DNA of 64,000 nucleotides from Alistipes sp. (GCA_017555105.1 JAFZHB010000021.1:24929-88928), one strand, 5' to 3'. Numbered from the stretch's first letter, positions 42,982 through 53,909 are shown. Notes: generated from the letters alone by a model not told the origin. Numbers and translations: made by a program.

Positions 42982-44070
42982 ATGATCCAGGTTCGGGAAA
43001 TAGTTTGCAAGGTGGTTATGGTGCTATTATTGAGCGCCTTATGCTGTTTTGATGTGTTTGGGCAGCTTCGCTTCGATCAGACGACCTGCGACCTGGGGAC
43101 GATCGCCGAGGAGGGGGGTAAGGTGGTTTGCACCTTCCGCGCCACCAACGAGGGCGAGCTTCCGGTGGTGATTCTCGATGTGGTGACCACCTGCGGCTGT
43201 ACGGTGCCGACCTTTTCGCGCAAGCCGATACGCTCGGGCGAGACGGCAGAGATCACCGTCAGCTACGATCCCTACAACCGCCCGGGTGCGATCGATCGTA
43301 AACTCCAGGTCTACGATGCCAACCGAAACCGCCTGGCTGTATTGACCCTTACGGGGCAGGTGACCCCGCGTGTGCGTTCGGTGGAGGAGCGATATCCGAT
43401 TGATTTGGGGAGTGGAGTGCGGTTGAGTAATACACTCGTTAGCTTTACCTATATATATATGGGGCAGCCGATGCGTTCGGCGCTTTCGCTCATCAACACC
43501 GATGGCGCGTCCCACACGATCGAACTTCGCCAGAAGGTGTCGAGCGGGCTGCTCGAGGTGGATGCTCCGCAGCAGTTGGCGGCAGGGGAGCGTACGGCCA
43601 TCAATTTCCAATATCTGATCCCGCAGCAGACTCCGCGTTATGGTACTATTCGCGATGTTTTTGAGCTTTGGATCGATGGGAAACGGGTTCAACCGGTGAT
43701 TCTGGTGCATGGCCTTGGGGTTGATCGACCAACAAAAAGTGAAAAAGAGTGCCCGGGGAAGGTTGAATTGAGCGAAAATATCCTTAAATTTGGAGCCGTA
43801 AAAGCTGCATCCAAGCCGCTTTCGCGCACGCTGACACTTCGCAATGTGGGTTGTGGCCCGCTGCGACTGCGTGCTGTGGAGGGTGAGAAGGTGCGCACCT
43901 CCTTCTCGCAGGAGGTGACCATCCCGGCCGGTGAGGCCTACGCTTTCGAGGTGATCCTCGATCCCTCGCAGGCCGACTACGGCTTCTTCACCGAGCAGCT
44001 GATGTTGATTACGAACGAACCCGATCGCCCGATGCGCCGCGTGCGCCTGACGGCTACGATCGAGGAGTAG
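42982..44070 (+). CDS. DUF1573 domain-containing exported protein (Ig-like repeats)
   Basis: DLGTIAEEGG, VTTCGCTVP motif, signal peptide. Confidence 0.82.
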   Translation: MIQVREIVCKVVMVLLLSALCCFDVFGQLRFDQTTCDLGTIAEEGGKVVCTFRATNEGELPVVILDVVTTCGCTVPTFSRKPIRSGETAEITVSYDPYNRPGAIDRKLQVYDANRNRLAVLTLTGQVTPRVRSVEERYPIDLGSGVRLSNTLVSFTYIYMGQPMRSALSLINTDGASHTIELRQKVSSGLLEVDAPQQLAAGERTAINFQYLIPQQTPRYGTIRDVFELWIDGKRVQPVILVHGLGVDRPTKSEKECPGKVELSENILKFGAVKAASKPLSRTLTLRNVGCGPLRLRAVEGEKVRTSFSQEVTIPAGEAYAFEVILDPSQADYGFFTEQLMLITNEPDRPMRRVRLTATIEE

Positions 44071-44099
44071 GAGAGATAACCGCAAACAGAGAAGATAAG

Positions 44100-44981
44100 A
44101 TGTTTAAGATCCTGGAAAAACGGCTGTTGGCCGAAAATATCTACCTGATGAAGATCGATGCTCCGCGTGTGGCGCGTGCTGCGCTGCCCGGGCAGTTTGT
44201 CATTGTGCGTGCCGATAAGGTGGGCGAGCGTATTCCGCTGACGATTGCCGATTTCGACGCCGAGGAGGGAAGCGTGACGATCGTCATCCAGACGCTGGGT
44301 CTCTCCACGCGTAAGATATGTGCGCTGGAGGCAGGTGAGGTGCTGGCCGACTTCGCAGGACCGCTTGGACGCCCCTCGGAGTTTGTGCACGAGCCCCTCG
44401 AGGAGCTCCGCAAGCGTCGCTACCTCTTCATTGGTGGCGGTGTGGGTACTGCGCCGGTCTATCCGCAGGTGAAGTGGCTCAAGGAGCACGGCGTGGAGGT
44501 CGATGTGATCATCGGCGCCAAGAACCGTGATATGTTGATCTACACCCAGGAGATGGAGCGCGTGGCCTCCGAGCTCTACATCGCTACGGACGATGGTTCG
44601 GCGGGTTTCAAGGGGTTGGTGACGGCACTCTTCGAGCAACTGATGGCCGAGGGTAAACACTACGATGAGTGCGTGGCGATCGGCCCGATGATCATGATGA
44701 AATTTGTCGCACTGACGACGAAGAGATACAACCTGAAGACAACCGTGTCGCTCAACGCACTGATGGTCGATGGAACGGGTATGTGCGGCGCTTGCCGCGT
44801 GACGGTGGCCGGAAAGACGCGCTTCATCTGCGTCGAGGGCCCTGAATTTGATGCTCACGAGGTCGATTTCGACGAGGCGATGCGCCGTCAGGGCATGTAT
44901 CGCACCCAGGAGCAGCGCGCTATGGCGATTGCAGCCGAGCGTGAGGCTGGACACAAATGCAGAATCGGATTGGATAAATAG
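44100..44981 (+). CDS. NfnA/SudB-like FAD/2Fe-2S subunit of ferredoxin-NADP reductase
   Basis: PGQFVIV, ERIPLTIAD, IGPMIMMKFV, MVDGTGMCGACRV, CVEGPEFD. Confidence 0.9.
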   Translation: MFKILEKRLLAENIYLMKIDAPRVARAALPGQFVIVRADKVGERIPLTIADFDAEEGSVTIVIQTLGLSTRKICALEAGEVLADFAGPLGRPSEFVHEPLEELRKRRYLFIGGGVGTAPVYPQVKWLKEHGVEVDVIIGAKNRDMLIYTQEMERVASELYIATDDGSAGFKGLVTALFEQLMAEGKHYDECVAIGPMIMMKFVALTTKRYNLKTTVSLNALMVDGTGMCGACRVTVAGKTRFICVEGPEFDAHEVDFDEAMRRQGMYRTQEQRAMAIAAEREAGHKCRIGLDK

Positions 44982-44987
44982 AGAGAG

Positions 44988-46376
44988 ATGGCAAACAAGA
45001 TACCGCGCGTGCCGGTGCGCGAACAAGATCCGGTCGTTCGAGCCACGAACTTCGAGGAGGTGTGCTACGGCTACAACCTTGAGGAGGCTCAGTTGGAGGC
45101 GTCGCGTTGCCTCGATTGCAAGAATCCGCGCTGTGTGGCGGCTTGCCCCGTAGGGTTGCAGATCCCGCGCTTCATTGCTGCGCTTCGCGAGGGTGAGCTC
45201 TCGCGTGCTGCGGCGATCATTGCCGAGGATAGCTCCCTGCCCTCGATCTGTGGCCGTGTCTGCCCGCAGGAGAGCCAGTGCGAGGGCGCTTGTGTGCTCG
45301 GTATCAAGGGCGAGGCGGTGGCGATCGGTAAGATCGAGCGCTTCGTCGGTGATTGGAAGCTCGAGCATGCAGCCGAGCTGGAGCACACGACCGCTCCGGC
45401 GAAGGGTCGCAAGGTGGCCATTGTGGGCAGTGGCCCGGCAGGTCTGGCCTGCGCGAGCGACCTGGCCAAGTGGGGCTATGAGGTGACGGTCTTCGAGGCG
45501 TTGCACCGCTTGGGTGGCGTCTTGGTCTATGGTATTCCGGAGTTCCGCCTGCCGAAGGAGCGCATCGTGGCGCGTGAGATCGCCGAGGTGGAGCGCCTGG
45601 GTGTGAAATTCGAGAAGGATGTGATCGTGGGTCGCACGGTGACGATCGACTCGCTCCTGGATGAGGAGGGCTTCGATGCGGTCTTCATCGGTTCGGGTGC
45701 CGGTCTGCCGCGCTTCATGGGCATCGAGGGCGAGAACCTGAACGGTGTCGTCTCGGCCAATGAGTTTTTGACGCGTGCCAACCTGATGCACGCCTACGAT
45801 AGCAACTACGATACGCCGATCTATGTCGGCAAGCATGTGGTGGTGGTCGGTGGCGGTAATGTTGCCATGGATGCCGTGCGTACGGCCAAGCGCCTGGGTG
45901 CCGAGGCTACGATCGTCTATCGTCGTAGCGAGCAGGAGCTCCCTGCGCGCGTTGAGGAGGTGCACCACGCCAAGGAGGAGGGCATCAACTTCCGTATGCT
46001 GACCAATCCGGTGGCTGTATTGGGCAACGAGCAGGGCTGGGTTACGGCTGTTCGTTGCGTGGAGATGGAGCTCGGCGAGCCCGATGAGAGTGGTCGCCGC
46101 TCGCCGATCGTGAAGCCGGGCTCGGAGTTCGAGCTGCCGTGCGATGTGGTGATCATGGCACTGGGTACTTCGCCCAATCCGCTGATTGCTTCCACGACTA
46201 AGGGGCTGGAGACCAACCGCCGCGGTTGCCTGACGGCTACGGAGGAGGGTGCAACGACCCGCGAGGGTGTCTTTGCCGGCGGCGATGCCGTTACGGGCGC
46301 TGCTACGGTCATTTTGGCCATGGGCGCAGGCCGTAAGGCCGCCAAGGCGATCGATGCTTATTTGAGCGAGAAATAG
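44988..46376 (+). CDS. NfnB/SudA-like (GltD-homologous) flavo-iron-sulfur subunit
   Basis: RCLDCKNPRCVAACPV, CGRVCPQESQCE, GSGPAG, YGIPEFRLPK; paired with nfnA and no gltB nearby. Confidence 0.9.
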   Translation: MANKIPRVPVREQDPVVRATNFEEVCYGYNLEEAQLEASRCLDCKNPRCVAACPVGLQIPRFIAALREGELSRAAAIIAEDSSLPSICGRVCPQESQCEGACVLGIKGEAVAIGKIERFVGDWKLEHAAELEHTTAPAKGRKVAIVGSGPAGLACASDLAKWGYEVTVFEALHRLGGVLVYGIPEFRLPKERIVAREIAEVERLGVKFEKDVIVGRTVTIDSLLDEEGFDAVFIGSGAGLPRFMGIEGENLNGVVSANEFLTRANLMHAYDSNYDTPIYVGKHVVVVGGGNVAMDAVRTAKRLGAEATIVYRRSEQELPARVEEVHHAKEEGINFRMLTNPVAVLGNEQGWVTAVRCVEMELGEPDESGRRSPIVKPGSEFELPCDVVIMALGTSPNPLIASTTKGLETNRRGCLTATEEGATTREGVFAGGDAVTGAATVILAMGAGRKAAKAIDAYLSEK

Positions 46377-46465
46377 CCTGAAAATAGCTATAAGAGAAAC
46401 GCCTCGAGCAATCGGGGCGTTTTCTTTTTGTGTCGTATGCTGCAACCGCGTGTATGCAGCAAAAG

Positions 46466-46493
46466 AAAGGTCGCTCCCACGGGAGCGACCTTT
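46466..46493 (-). terminator. Terminator after susD
   Basis: AAAGGTCGCTCCC-AC-GGGAGCGACCTTT. Confidence 0.7.
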
Positions 46494-46519
46494 GGAAATT
46501 GCTTTCGAATCAGAGTTGA

Positions 46520-48031
46520 TTACTCGTTCTGATCCTCCGGCTTGATGTACTCGTTGTTGTCCATCTCGATCGTCGGGATCTGGTAGATCAGACGCTGGTC
46601 ACGAGCGCTGTACTTAACAGCATCGTAGCTGTTCAGAGCAGCGGGATAGTAAGCCGACTTCGAGCGGTCGAAGTTCTCGTTACGACGCTTAGCATCGAAG
46701 ATACGACGACCCTCACCCCACATCTCAACACGCTTCTGGAAGCAGATCTCGTCGTAGAGTGCCTGGCCCGAGAGGTTCGAGCAGTCGTAACCCGTGATAC
46801 GCTTCGACATAACAGCGTTCAGCATGCGACGAGCGTCAGCCTCGTGGCCACCCATCAGGTAGTAAGCCTCAGCAGCAACGAAGTAGAACTCAGCGACACG
46901 GAAGTAGATCAGGTCGGCCGTGAAGTCATTGGGCGAAAGGAACTTGTTGGGAACATAGTCCATGCAACCCAGAGCCTGAACGATTGCGAACGAGAAACCG
47001 TTCGTGTTCAGCTCATCCTTGTAACCAAACCAGTTCTTACGGATATCGTTCGGGTTGATGTGGTCTACCAAGTTACCGGTAGCCGTGATCGGGTAGTAAC
47101 CCGGAACAGCGTAACCGTCAACATAGGGGTTCATCATCGACATGAACGAAGCGTAGATCATGTTCCAATCAACAGTCATGTTGAAACCGAAGAGCACCTC
47201 GCTCATCTGCAGCGAGTTGAAGCCCGACAGAAGATCCGTCGTAGCCAGCGTACCACCCTGCACAGCGTGCTCAGCATACGAAGCAGCCTCGCTGTAACGA
47301 CCCAAGAACATCAGGGCGTTAGCGTACATACCGGCAGCGGTGTACTCGCTGATCTGCGTCTTCGAAACGGCCTTATCCTTCAACAGACGGCAAGCGTCCT
47401 TGAGGTCCTGGTCGATAACTGCGTAAACACCGGCAACCGTACCGCGATCGAGCACATTCTTCGTAGCATCGTCGAGGTAGAGGGGCACACCCTTAGCCTC
47501 GGGATCAACCGAGTAGGGGTGCTGCCAGAAGTTGATCAGCCAGTAGTACGAGTAGGCACGCAGAGCCAGAGCCTGACCCAACATCGAGTCGATCTCATCG
47601 CTCGTACCCTCACCACTCTTCAATACACCAATTGCACCGTTTACGGTCGAAATGATGTAGTAGAACTGACGCCACATCGATACCGGACGACGGTAACCCG
47701 CCATACGGAAAATCAGCTGCATATCATAAGCGTAGTTGGGACCACCGTTCATGATGTTCATCATGTCGTCACCCAGCATATCGGCTACAACCTGATACGA
47801 GGTCATACCGCGGTCATCCGTCGACTGAATCAGCGGAGTACCGCAAAAGAGCGTAGCGTATGCACCGCTGATCGTAGCAGCAATGCGCGCAGGATCCTCA
47901 AGCATCAGCTCGTTCTGGCGATCACCCGGAACACGGCTCGTAGGCTCGGTCTCGAGGAAATCGCTCGAGCAGGCAACCGACAAAACCGTGGCGCCCAGCA
48001 GAAGCAGAGATTTGATATTGTTCATTTTCAT
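46520..48031 (-). CDS. RagB/SusD-family outer membrane lipoprotein
   Basis: Lipobox SVA-C-SSDFLE, LRAYSYYWL, RVAEFYF, RVEMWGEGRR, IPTIE. Confidence 0.93.
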   Translation of the reverse strand: MKMNNIKSLLLLGATVLSVACSSDFLETEPTSRVPGDRQNELMLEDPARIAATISGAYATLFCGTPLIQSTDDRGMTSYQVVADMLGDDMMNIMNGGPNYAYDMQLIFRMAGYRRPVSMWRQFYYIISTVNGAIGVLKSGEGTSDEIDSMLGQALALRAYSYYWLINFWQHPYSVDPEAKGVPLYLDDATKNVLDRGTVAGVYAVIDQDLKDACRLLKDKAVSKTQISEYTAAGMYANALMFLGRYSEAASYAEHAVQGGTLATTDLLSGFNSLQMSEVLFGFNMTVDWNMIYASFMSMMNPYVDGYAVPGYYPITATGNLVDHINPNDIRKNWFGYKDELNTNGFSFAIVQALGCMDYVPNKFLSPNDFTADLIYFRVAEFYFVAAEAYYLMGGHEADARRMLNAVMSKRITGYDCSNLSGQALYDEICFQKRVEMWGEGRRIFDAKRRNENFDRSKSAYYPAALNSYDAVKYSARDQRLIYQIPTIEMDNNEYIKPEDQNE

Positions 48032-48045
48032 AGCTGTTCTGTTTT

Positions 48046-51000
48046 TTAGAAGTTAATCGAAACACCACCCGAAACGGTGCGCAGTACCGAGTAGTTAGCC
48101 GACGACTGACCAGCGATGTACTGACGCGGGTCGAGACCCTGACGCTTCGAGAAGAGAGCTACGTTGTCAGCCGTCATGTAAACGCGTACCGACGACATCT
48201 TCAGCGCCTTCACCCACTTCTGCGGCAGCGTGTAACCCAGCGTGATGTTGCGGATATTGAAGTACGAACCATCGATCAGGTAGGGATCGATAGCCTGGTT
48301 CTGACCCATGTTACCGTTCAGCTTCGGAATGTTCGTATCGGTGTTCTCCGGCGTCCAAGCGTTCTTGATGTCGCGGTGCCAGTTCGAACCAGCCGAGCTA
48401 CCCGAGTGCATGAAGCCAGCGTACATACCGTCGTATACCTTACCACCGAGCTGGTAGCTACCAGCGATCGAGAAGTCGAAGTTCTTCCAGTTGAAGTTAA
48501 CCGTGATACCACCCAGGAAGTCGGGCTTAGCCGTACCGAGGTAGAAGCGGTCATTTACCGTATCTACATCGTCGTAACCAACCTTCGTCAGAACCTCGTT
48601 ACCCTCAGCGTCGGTGTCGCGGTGCCAGTAGAGGCGATCACCCGTCTGGGGATCAACACCAGCCGACTTCAGGTAGTGGAAGTCCCATACGCGACCACCG
48701 TTCAGGATCTTGTAGTACGCGTTGTGCGTGATACCGCTCTCGCGCTTAGCAGCGGGCAGATCCTTAACCTTGTTCTCATAGAACGAACCGGTCAGAACGA
48801 TCTCCAGCTCCATATCCTGCGTCTTCACGGGCTTACCTGCGAGCGTGAACTCCATACCGGTGTTGTTCATCGTCATGATGTTCATCGGAACGCTCGTGAT
48901 ACCCGACGAGGGAGGATAAGGCATGTTGTAGAGCATGTCCTTCGTGGTCTTGTCGTACCACTCAGCATCGAACTTCAAGCGAGCATCGAAGAACGATGCG
49001 TTTACGCCCAAGTTCAGCGTGTGCGTCATCTCCCAGCTCAGATCCTTGTTACCCCAGTAAACCTGCGTTACAGCGAAGTTCTCACCATCGGGCGATACCG
49101 AATACTGATCCTGGTAAGCGTAGTAGTTACCGATCGAGTTGTTACCCGTCGTACCATACGAAGCCTTTACAGCCAAGTTGGTGATCCACTCAACATCCTT
49201 CAGGAAAGCCTCCTGCGACAGACGCCAGTTAGCACCTACCGACCAGAAAGTACCCCAACGGTTGTCCTTGTGGAAACGCGACGAACCATCCGTACGCACG
49301 TTAGCGTCGAGGTAGTAGCGGTTGCCATACTCGTAGTGAACATTACCGAAGAACGACTCGATGGTCTCCTCGTTCGTGTACGAGGTGATATCCGTCATCT
49401 TGATAGCGTTGTTGAACTCGGGGTTCTCAGGATCGTAGAAGTTACGCTTCGTAGCCGAGAAGTAGCGGCTCTTCCACTTGTACGACTCGTGACCTGCCAT
49501 CACGCTGAAGCCGTGGTCGCCCAGGGTCTTGGTGTAGCTGATCAACTGGTTGCTCGTGAGGCTGAAGTTGCGCTGGTGTACACGATCACCCGTACCGTTG
49601 TAGGTAACAGCGTCACCAAACGACGGGGTCATGAAGGTAGCGTTAGCCTGGTTAACCATGTCGTACGATACGTTAGCCGACAGCTTCAGACCCTCCAGCG
49701 GGCTGATGTTGATACCGGCACGACCGCTCAACTGGTCGGTCAGCGTCTCGTTCAAGTTAGCAGCATCCGTAGCGGCCGGGTTCTGAGCCTTACCCCAGGG
49801 GCGCGTCTCACCGAACTCACCGTCACCGAAGTCATACTGACGCTTGCCGTTCTTGTCGAGGATCAGCTGACCCTCCTGGTCGTAAGCGTAAACAGGATAG
49901 ATCGGAGCGATCTGCTGTACGAACATAAACGAGTTCGAGAAGTTCGAGAGGCTCGAGATGTTCTGAGCGTTCTGTACGCCGTGCGAGTACGAGAGGTTAC
50001 CGTAGAGGTCGATGTTGTCGTTCACCTTGTACGAAGCGTTGGCTCGAGCCGAGTAACGGCTGTAGTCCGACTTCGGAAGGATACCCTCATCGTTCAAGTA
50101 ACCAACCGACATGTAGTGCTTCATCTTCTGGTTACCACCCGAGATCGACACGTTGTACTCCTGACGCATACCGTTGGCAAATACCTCATCCTCCCACGAG
50201 TCGTAGTAACGACGCTCGGTCGAAACGAGCTGGCCATCAGCCGTCATAAGCACACCGTTGTTGCCGATGAAGGGGTTGTAACCCAACTTAGCACCAATGA
50301 TGTTGGCAGCAGCCTCGCCGCTACCCTCGGTGTTTACGAGGTACTGGAAATAAACCGGGATGTACTCCTCCGGCGTCTCCATTACATCGTAGTTCGAAAT
50401 ACCGCGCGAGTTAACACCAACGCGAGCATCGAAGGTTACCTGGTTGCGCATAGCGCTACCCTGCTTGGTCGTGATGATGATCAGACCGTTGGCAGCACGC
50501 GAACCGTAAAGAGCCGTCGAAACAGCGTCCTTCGATACCGAAATCGACTCGATGTCGGCGGGGTTGATCGCTGCAATGCTGCCCGAGTAGGGTGCACCGT
50601 CCACAATGTAGAGCGGCGACGAGCCTGCGTTGATCGAACCGATACCACGGATCGATACATCAGCCGACGAACCCGGCTGACCCGACTGCGATGCTACCTG
50701 CATACCCGGTACCATACCCTCGAGGGCCTTCGATACGTTCGACACCTGCATCTTCTTCAAGGTCTCGCCCGAAACGGTGCTCACCGAACCGGTGAACGAC
50801 TCCTTCTTGGCGGTACCGTAAGCAACGACGATTACATCGTCAATGGCGTGCGTGTCCTCCTGCAGAGCAATCTTCAGGCTGCTCTTGCCGGCGATCTGTA
50901 CCGTGTTGTCCTCATAGCCAACGAACGATACGGTCAGCGTGCCATTGGCCGGAGCCGACAGGACGAACTTACCGTCTGCGCCGGTCGTTGTACCCTGGTT

Positions 51001-51144
51001 CGTTCCGTCTACCATAACCGTTGCGCCCACTACGGGGTTGCCGTGGTTATCGGTAACCGTACCGGAAACCTGCTGATTCTGGGCCAAAGCCATGAATGCT
51101 ACACCCAAAACAGCAACTAACGATAGTACAAGTTTTCTTACCAT
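48046..51144 (-). CDS. SusC/RagA-family TonB-dependent transporter (ATG at 51144)
   Basis: VIVVAYGT, PLYIVDG, INPADIESISV.KDA...LYGSRAANG, terminal Phe. Confidence 0.96.
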   Translation of the reverse strand: MVRKLVLSLVAVLGVAFMALAQNQQVSGTVTDNHGNPVVGATVMVDGTNQGTTTGADGKFVLSAPANGTLTVSFVGYEDNTVQIAGKSSLKIALQEDTHAIDDVIVVAYGTAKKESFTGSVSTVSGETLKKMQVSNVSKALEGMVPGMQVASQSGQPGSSADVSIRGIGSINAGSSPLYIVDGAPYSGSIAAINPADIESISVSKDAVSTALYGSRAANGLIIITTKQGSAMRNQVTFDARVGVNSRGISNYDVMETPEEYIPVYFQYLVNTEGSGEAAANIIGAKLGYNPFIGNNGVLMTADGQLVSTERRYYDSWEDEVFANGMRQEYNVSISGGNQKMKHYMSVGYLNDEGILPKSDYSRYSARANASYKVNDNIDLYGNLSYSHGVQNAQNISSLSNFSNSFMFVQQIAPIYPVYAYDQEGQLILDKNGKRQYDFGDGEFGETRPWGKAQNPAATDAANLNETLTDQLSGRAGINISPLEGLKLSANVSYDMVNQANATFMTPSFGDAVTYNGTGDRVHQRNFSLTSNQLISYTKTLGDHGFSVMAGHESYKWKSRYFSATKRNFYDPENPEFNNAIKMTDITSYTNEETIESFFGNVHYEYGNRYYLDANVRTDGSSRFHKDNRWGTFWSVGANWRLSQEAFLKDVEWITNLAVKASYGTTGNNSIGNYYAYQDQYSVSPDGENFAVTQVYWGNKDLSWEMTHTLNLGVNASFFDARLKFDAEWYDKTTKDMLYNMPYPPSSGITSVPMNIMTMNNTGMEFTLAGKPVKTQDMELEIVLTGSFYENKVKDLPAAKRESGITHNAYYKILNGGRVWDFHYLKSAGVDPQTGDRLYWHRDTDAEGNEVLTKVGYDDVDTVNDRFYLGTAKPDFLGGITVNFNWKNFDFSIAGSYQLGGKVYDGMYAGFMHSGSSAGSNWHRDIKNAWTPENTDTNIPKLNGNMGQNQAIDPYLIDGSYFNIRNITLGYTLPQKWVKALKMSSVRVYMTADNVALFSKRQGLDPRQYIAGQSSANYSVLRTVSGGVSINF

Positions 51145-51504
51145 AAACGTTAATTTTAATTGTGTTTTGTAAATAAAAAGTTCAACGGCAAAATTAATGG
51201 TTTGTAAAACAATAAACAAATTAATTCATAAAAAAATTAAGAATCGTGACAATTGACGGGCTTTTGTGGGGCGAAAAACCGCTTTTGTTAATTTTTAAAG
51301 TTTTTTACTTACAATTTGAAAGCGTCATTTTGTAGGTTTTTCCGAGTCAAATAGGATATTTTGAGGCTGCGGCAGCCGAAAACGGGCGGTAAAAGTGCTG
51401 ATTTCCACACCTAATAATATTATAGCCCCCATTTTCAATAATTTGCCTGTTTTTTGCGTTTAATGAAAAATACACTAATTTTGTAACGAGAAAATCTGCA
51501 ACTT

Positions 51505-53055
51505 ATGGTAAAGATACTCTGGGTGGACGATGAGGTGGAGCTTCTCAAGCCCCATGTGCTCTTTCTGCAACAGAAAGGCTATGAGGTGGAGACCTGCAAC
51601 AATGGCTATGACGCAATCGACATGGCTGCGGAGGAGGCCTACGACCTGATCATCCTCGACGAGATGATGCCCGGCATGACCGGCTTGGAGACGCTTCCGA
51701 AGATCAAGGAGGTGCGCCCCACCACGCCCGTGATCATGGTGACGAAGAGCGAGGAGGAGAACATCATGGACAAGGCTGTGGGTTCGAAGATCGCCGACTA
51801 CCTGATCAAGCCCGTGAATCCGAACCAGGTGCTGCTCTCGATCAAGAAGAATGTGCATCAGCAACAGCTTGTGACCGAGCAGACTACGGCCGACTACCGC
51901 GCTGAGTTCGGGCGCCTCGCAACCTCGTTGCAGATGGCCGACAGCTTTGCGGATTGGTGTGTGCTCTACCGCCGTCTGATCTCCTGGGAGATCGAATTGG
52001 AGGGCTCGACCGACCGCAGCATCAAGGAGATCCTGGCCTATCAGAAGGGCGAGGCGAACCAGGCCTTCTCGAAGTTTGTGCGCCGCAACTACTACAATTG
52101 GATTAATCATCGCTCGGAGGAGACCCCCACGATGTCGCACACGCTGATGCGCTCGTCGATCTTCCCCGTGGTGGAGCAGAACGAGAAGACAACGCTGCTT
52201 CTGATAGATAACTTTCGCTATGACCAGTGGCGCGCCATCTCCTCAATGCTGCGTGGCTACTACGATGTGGCGCTCGACGACTTCTACTGTGCGATCCTGC
52301 CCACGGCTACGCAGTATGCGCGCAATGCGATCTTTGCGGGTCTGATGCCGCTGGCGATCGATCGTCTGATGCCGCAGAAGTGGCTCAACGACAATGAGGA
52401 GGGTGGTAAGAATCAATACGAGGAGGAGTTCCTGCGTCGCCTGCTCACGCAGAGCGGTAAGTCGTGGAAAACGACTTTCGATAAGCTGATCCGTCCCGAG
52501 CAGGGGCGTCGTCTGGTGGACAACATCAAGCGCATCTATGAGGCTGATTTCTCGGTGATTGTGTACAACTTCCTCGATATCCTCTCGCATGCCCGCACCG
52601 AGACCGATATCATCCGCGAGCTGACCGAGGATGAGGCGGCATTCCGTTCGCTGACCCGCTCGTGGTTTGAGCATTCGGACCTCTACACGATCCTCAAGCT
52701 CCTCTCTGAGCGTGGCCATACGGTCATCATCACCTCGGATCACGGAACGATCCGCGTGGATAACCCCGTGCGTGTGACGGGTGACCGTGAGACCTCGCCG
52801 AACCTGCGTTATAAGACGGGGCGCAACCTCGCTTACAACCAGCGTGAGGTCTATGAGGTGACGCGCCCGGAGGATATTCAACTGCCGTCGAGCAACCTCT
52901 CGTCGAGCTATATCTTCGCCTACAACAGCGACTTCCTGGTCTACAACAACGATGCGAATCGCTATGTGCGTTACTACCGCAATACCTTCCAGCATGGTGG
53001 CATCTCGATGGAGGAGATGCTCGTGCCTTACATTGTATTAAACCCCAAGCAATAG
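51505..53055 (+). CDS. porX: PorX response regulator with PglZ/alkaline-phosphatase domain
   Basis: ILWVDDE receiver, ILPTATQYARNAIF, SDHGTI, TFQHGGISMEEM. Confidence 0.92.
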   Translation: MVKILWVDDEVELLKPHVLFLQQKGYEVETCNNGYDAIDMAAEEAYDLIILDEMMPGMTGLETLPKIKEVRPTTPVIMVTKSEEENIMDKAVGSKIADYLIKPVNPNQVLLSIKKNVHQQQLVTEQTTADYRAEFGRLATSLQMADSFADWCVLYRRLISWEIELEGSTDRSIKEILAYQKGEANQAFSKFVRRNYYNWINHRSEETPTMSHTLMRSSIFPVVEQNEKTTLLLIDNFRYDQWRAISSMLRGYYDVALDDFYCAILPTATQYARNAIFAGLMPLAIDRLMPQKWLNDNEEGGKNQYEEEFLRRLLTQSGKSWKTTFDKLIRPEQGRRLVDNIKRIYEADFSVIVYNFLDILSHARTETDIIRELTEDEAAFRSLTRSWFEHSDLYTILKLLSERGHTVIITSDHGTIRVDNPVRVTGDRETSPNLRYKTGRNLAYNQREVYEVTRPEDIQLPSSNLSSSYIFAYNSDFLVYNNDANRYVRYYRNTFQHGGISMEEMLVPYIVLNPKQ

Positions 53056-53062
53056 ATTGACT

Positions 53063-53479
53063 ATGAAAAAGATACACATTGACTCCGAGGAGCAACTCAA
53101 GGAGGTGGCCGAGGCGCTGATTGAGGCGCTCGATGGCCGTACGGTGGTGGCACTGCGCGGCGAAATGGGTGCCGGAAAGACCACTTTGGTGCGCGCCGTA
53201 GCCGAGTATCTCGGTGTAGAGGATCAGGTGACCAGCCCCACTTTTGCCCTCGTGAATCAGTATGAGGGGGCGAATGGAGAGCGTCTTTTCCACTTCGATT
53301 TCTACCGCATTGACGACGAGCGCGAGGCCTTTGATCTGGGCTACGAGGAGTATTTCTACTCGGGCGACCTCTGCCTGGTGGAGTGGCCCGAGAAGATCGA
53401 GCGCCTGATGCCCGAGGAGGTGGTCGAGGTGCGCATCACGGTGGAGAGCCCCACGGAGCGAACCTTTGAGATTCAATAA
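53063..53479 (+). CDS. tsaE: tRNA threonylcarbamoyladenosine biosynthesis ATPase
   Basis: GEMGAGKTT, SPTFALVN, HFDFYR, EWPE. Confidence 0.95.
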   Translation: MKKIHIDSEEQLKEVAEALIEALDGRTVVALRGEMGAGKTTLVRAVAEYLGVEDQVTSPTFALVNQYEGANGERLFHFDFYRIDDEREAFDLGYEEYFYSGDLCLVEWPEKIERLMPEEVVEVRITVESPTERTFEIQ

Positions 53480-53513
53480 ATTGAGATACCTATATTTATT
53501 ATATATATAACCC

Positions 53514-53909
53514 ATGCAAGAATATATCTCGAAACAAGTACAGATTCTGCGTCCTGCAGAGCAGATTTACACCGTTATCAGCCGTTTTGATCACCTCACC
53601 CCCGCTCTGGCCGGCCGTGTGGATGAGTGGCAGGCCACCGAAGATACCTGCTCGTTTAAGGTGAAGGGCTTTCAAGTGAAGCTCCGTATGGAGGAGCGCA
53701 TCGAGCCGAAGCATGTGAAGATTACGGGCGATGGCGTGCCGATGGATTTCGCCTTTTGGGTGCAGCTGCACAAGGTCGACGAGACCGATACGCGCCTGCG
53801 TTTGGTGCTCCATGCCGAGCTGAATATGATGATGAAGATGCTGATCGGATCGAAATTGCAACAGGCGCTGGATCAGATCGCTGATGGTATTGCAGGCGCG
53901 ATGCGATAG
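53514..53909 (+). CDS. SRPBCC/CoxG-like family protein
   Basis: EDTCSF and AELNMMMKMLI...LQQALD pattern of Bacteroidota SRPBCC proteins. Confidence 0.65.
   Translation: MQEYISKQVQILRPAEQIYTVISRFDHLTPALAGRVDEWQATEDTCSFKVKGFQVKLRMEERIEPKHVKITGDGVPMDFAFWVQLHKVDETDTRLRLVLHAELNMMMKMLIGSKLQQALDQIADGIAGAMR

Noticed and set aside
44988-46376. Glutamate synthase small subunit
   Set aside because: Paired with an NfnA/SudB-type gene and no gltB; better read as NfnAB.
51145-51504. Invertible promoter upstream of susC
   Set aside because: No convincing inverted-repeat pair flanking the promoter found by eye, and no invertase nearby.
51505-53479. porX-tsaE linkage as a novelty
   Set aside because: Well-known conserved arrangement in Bacteroidota.
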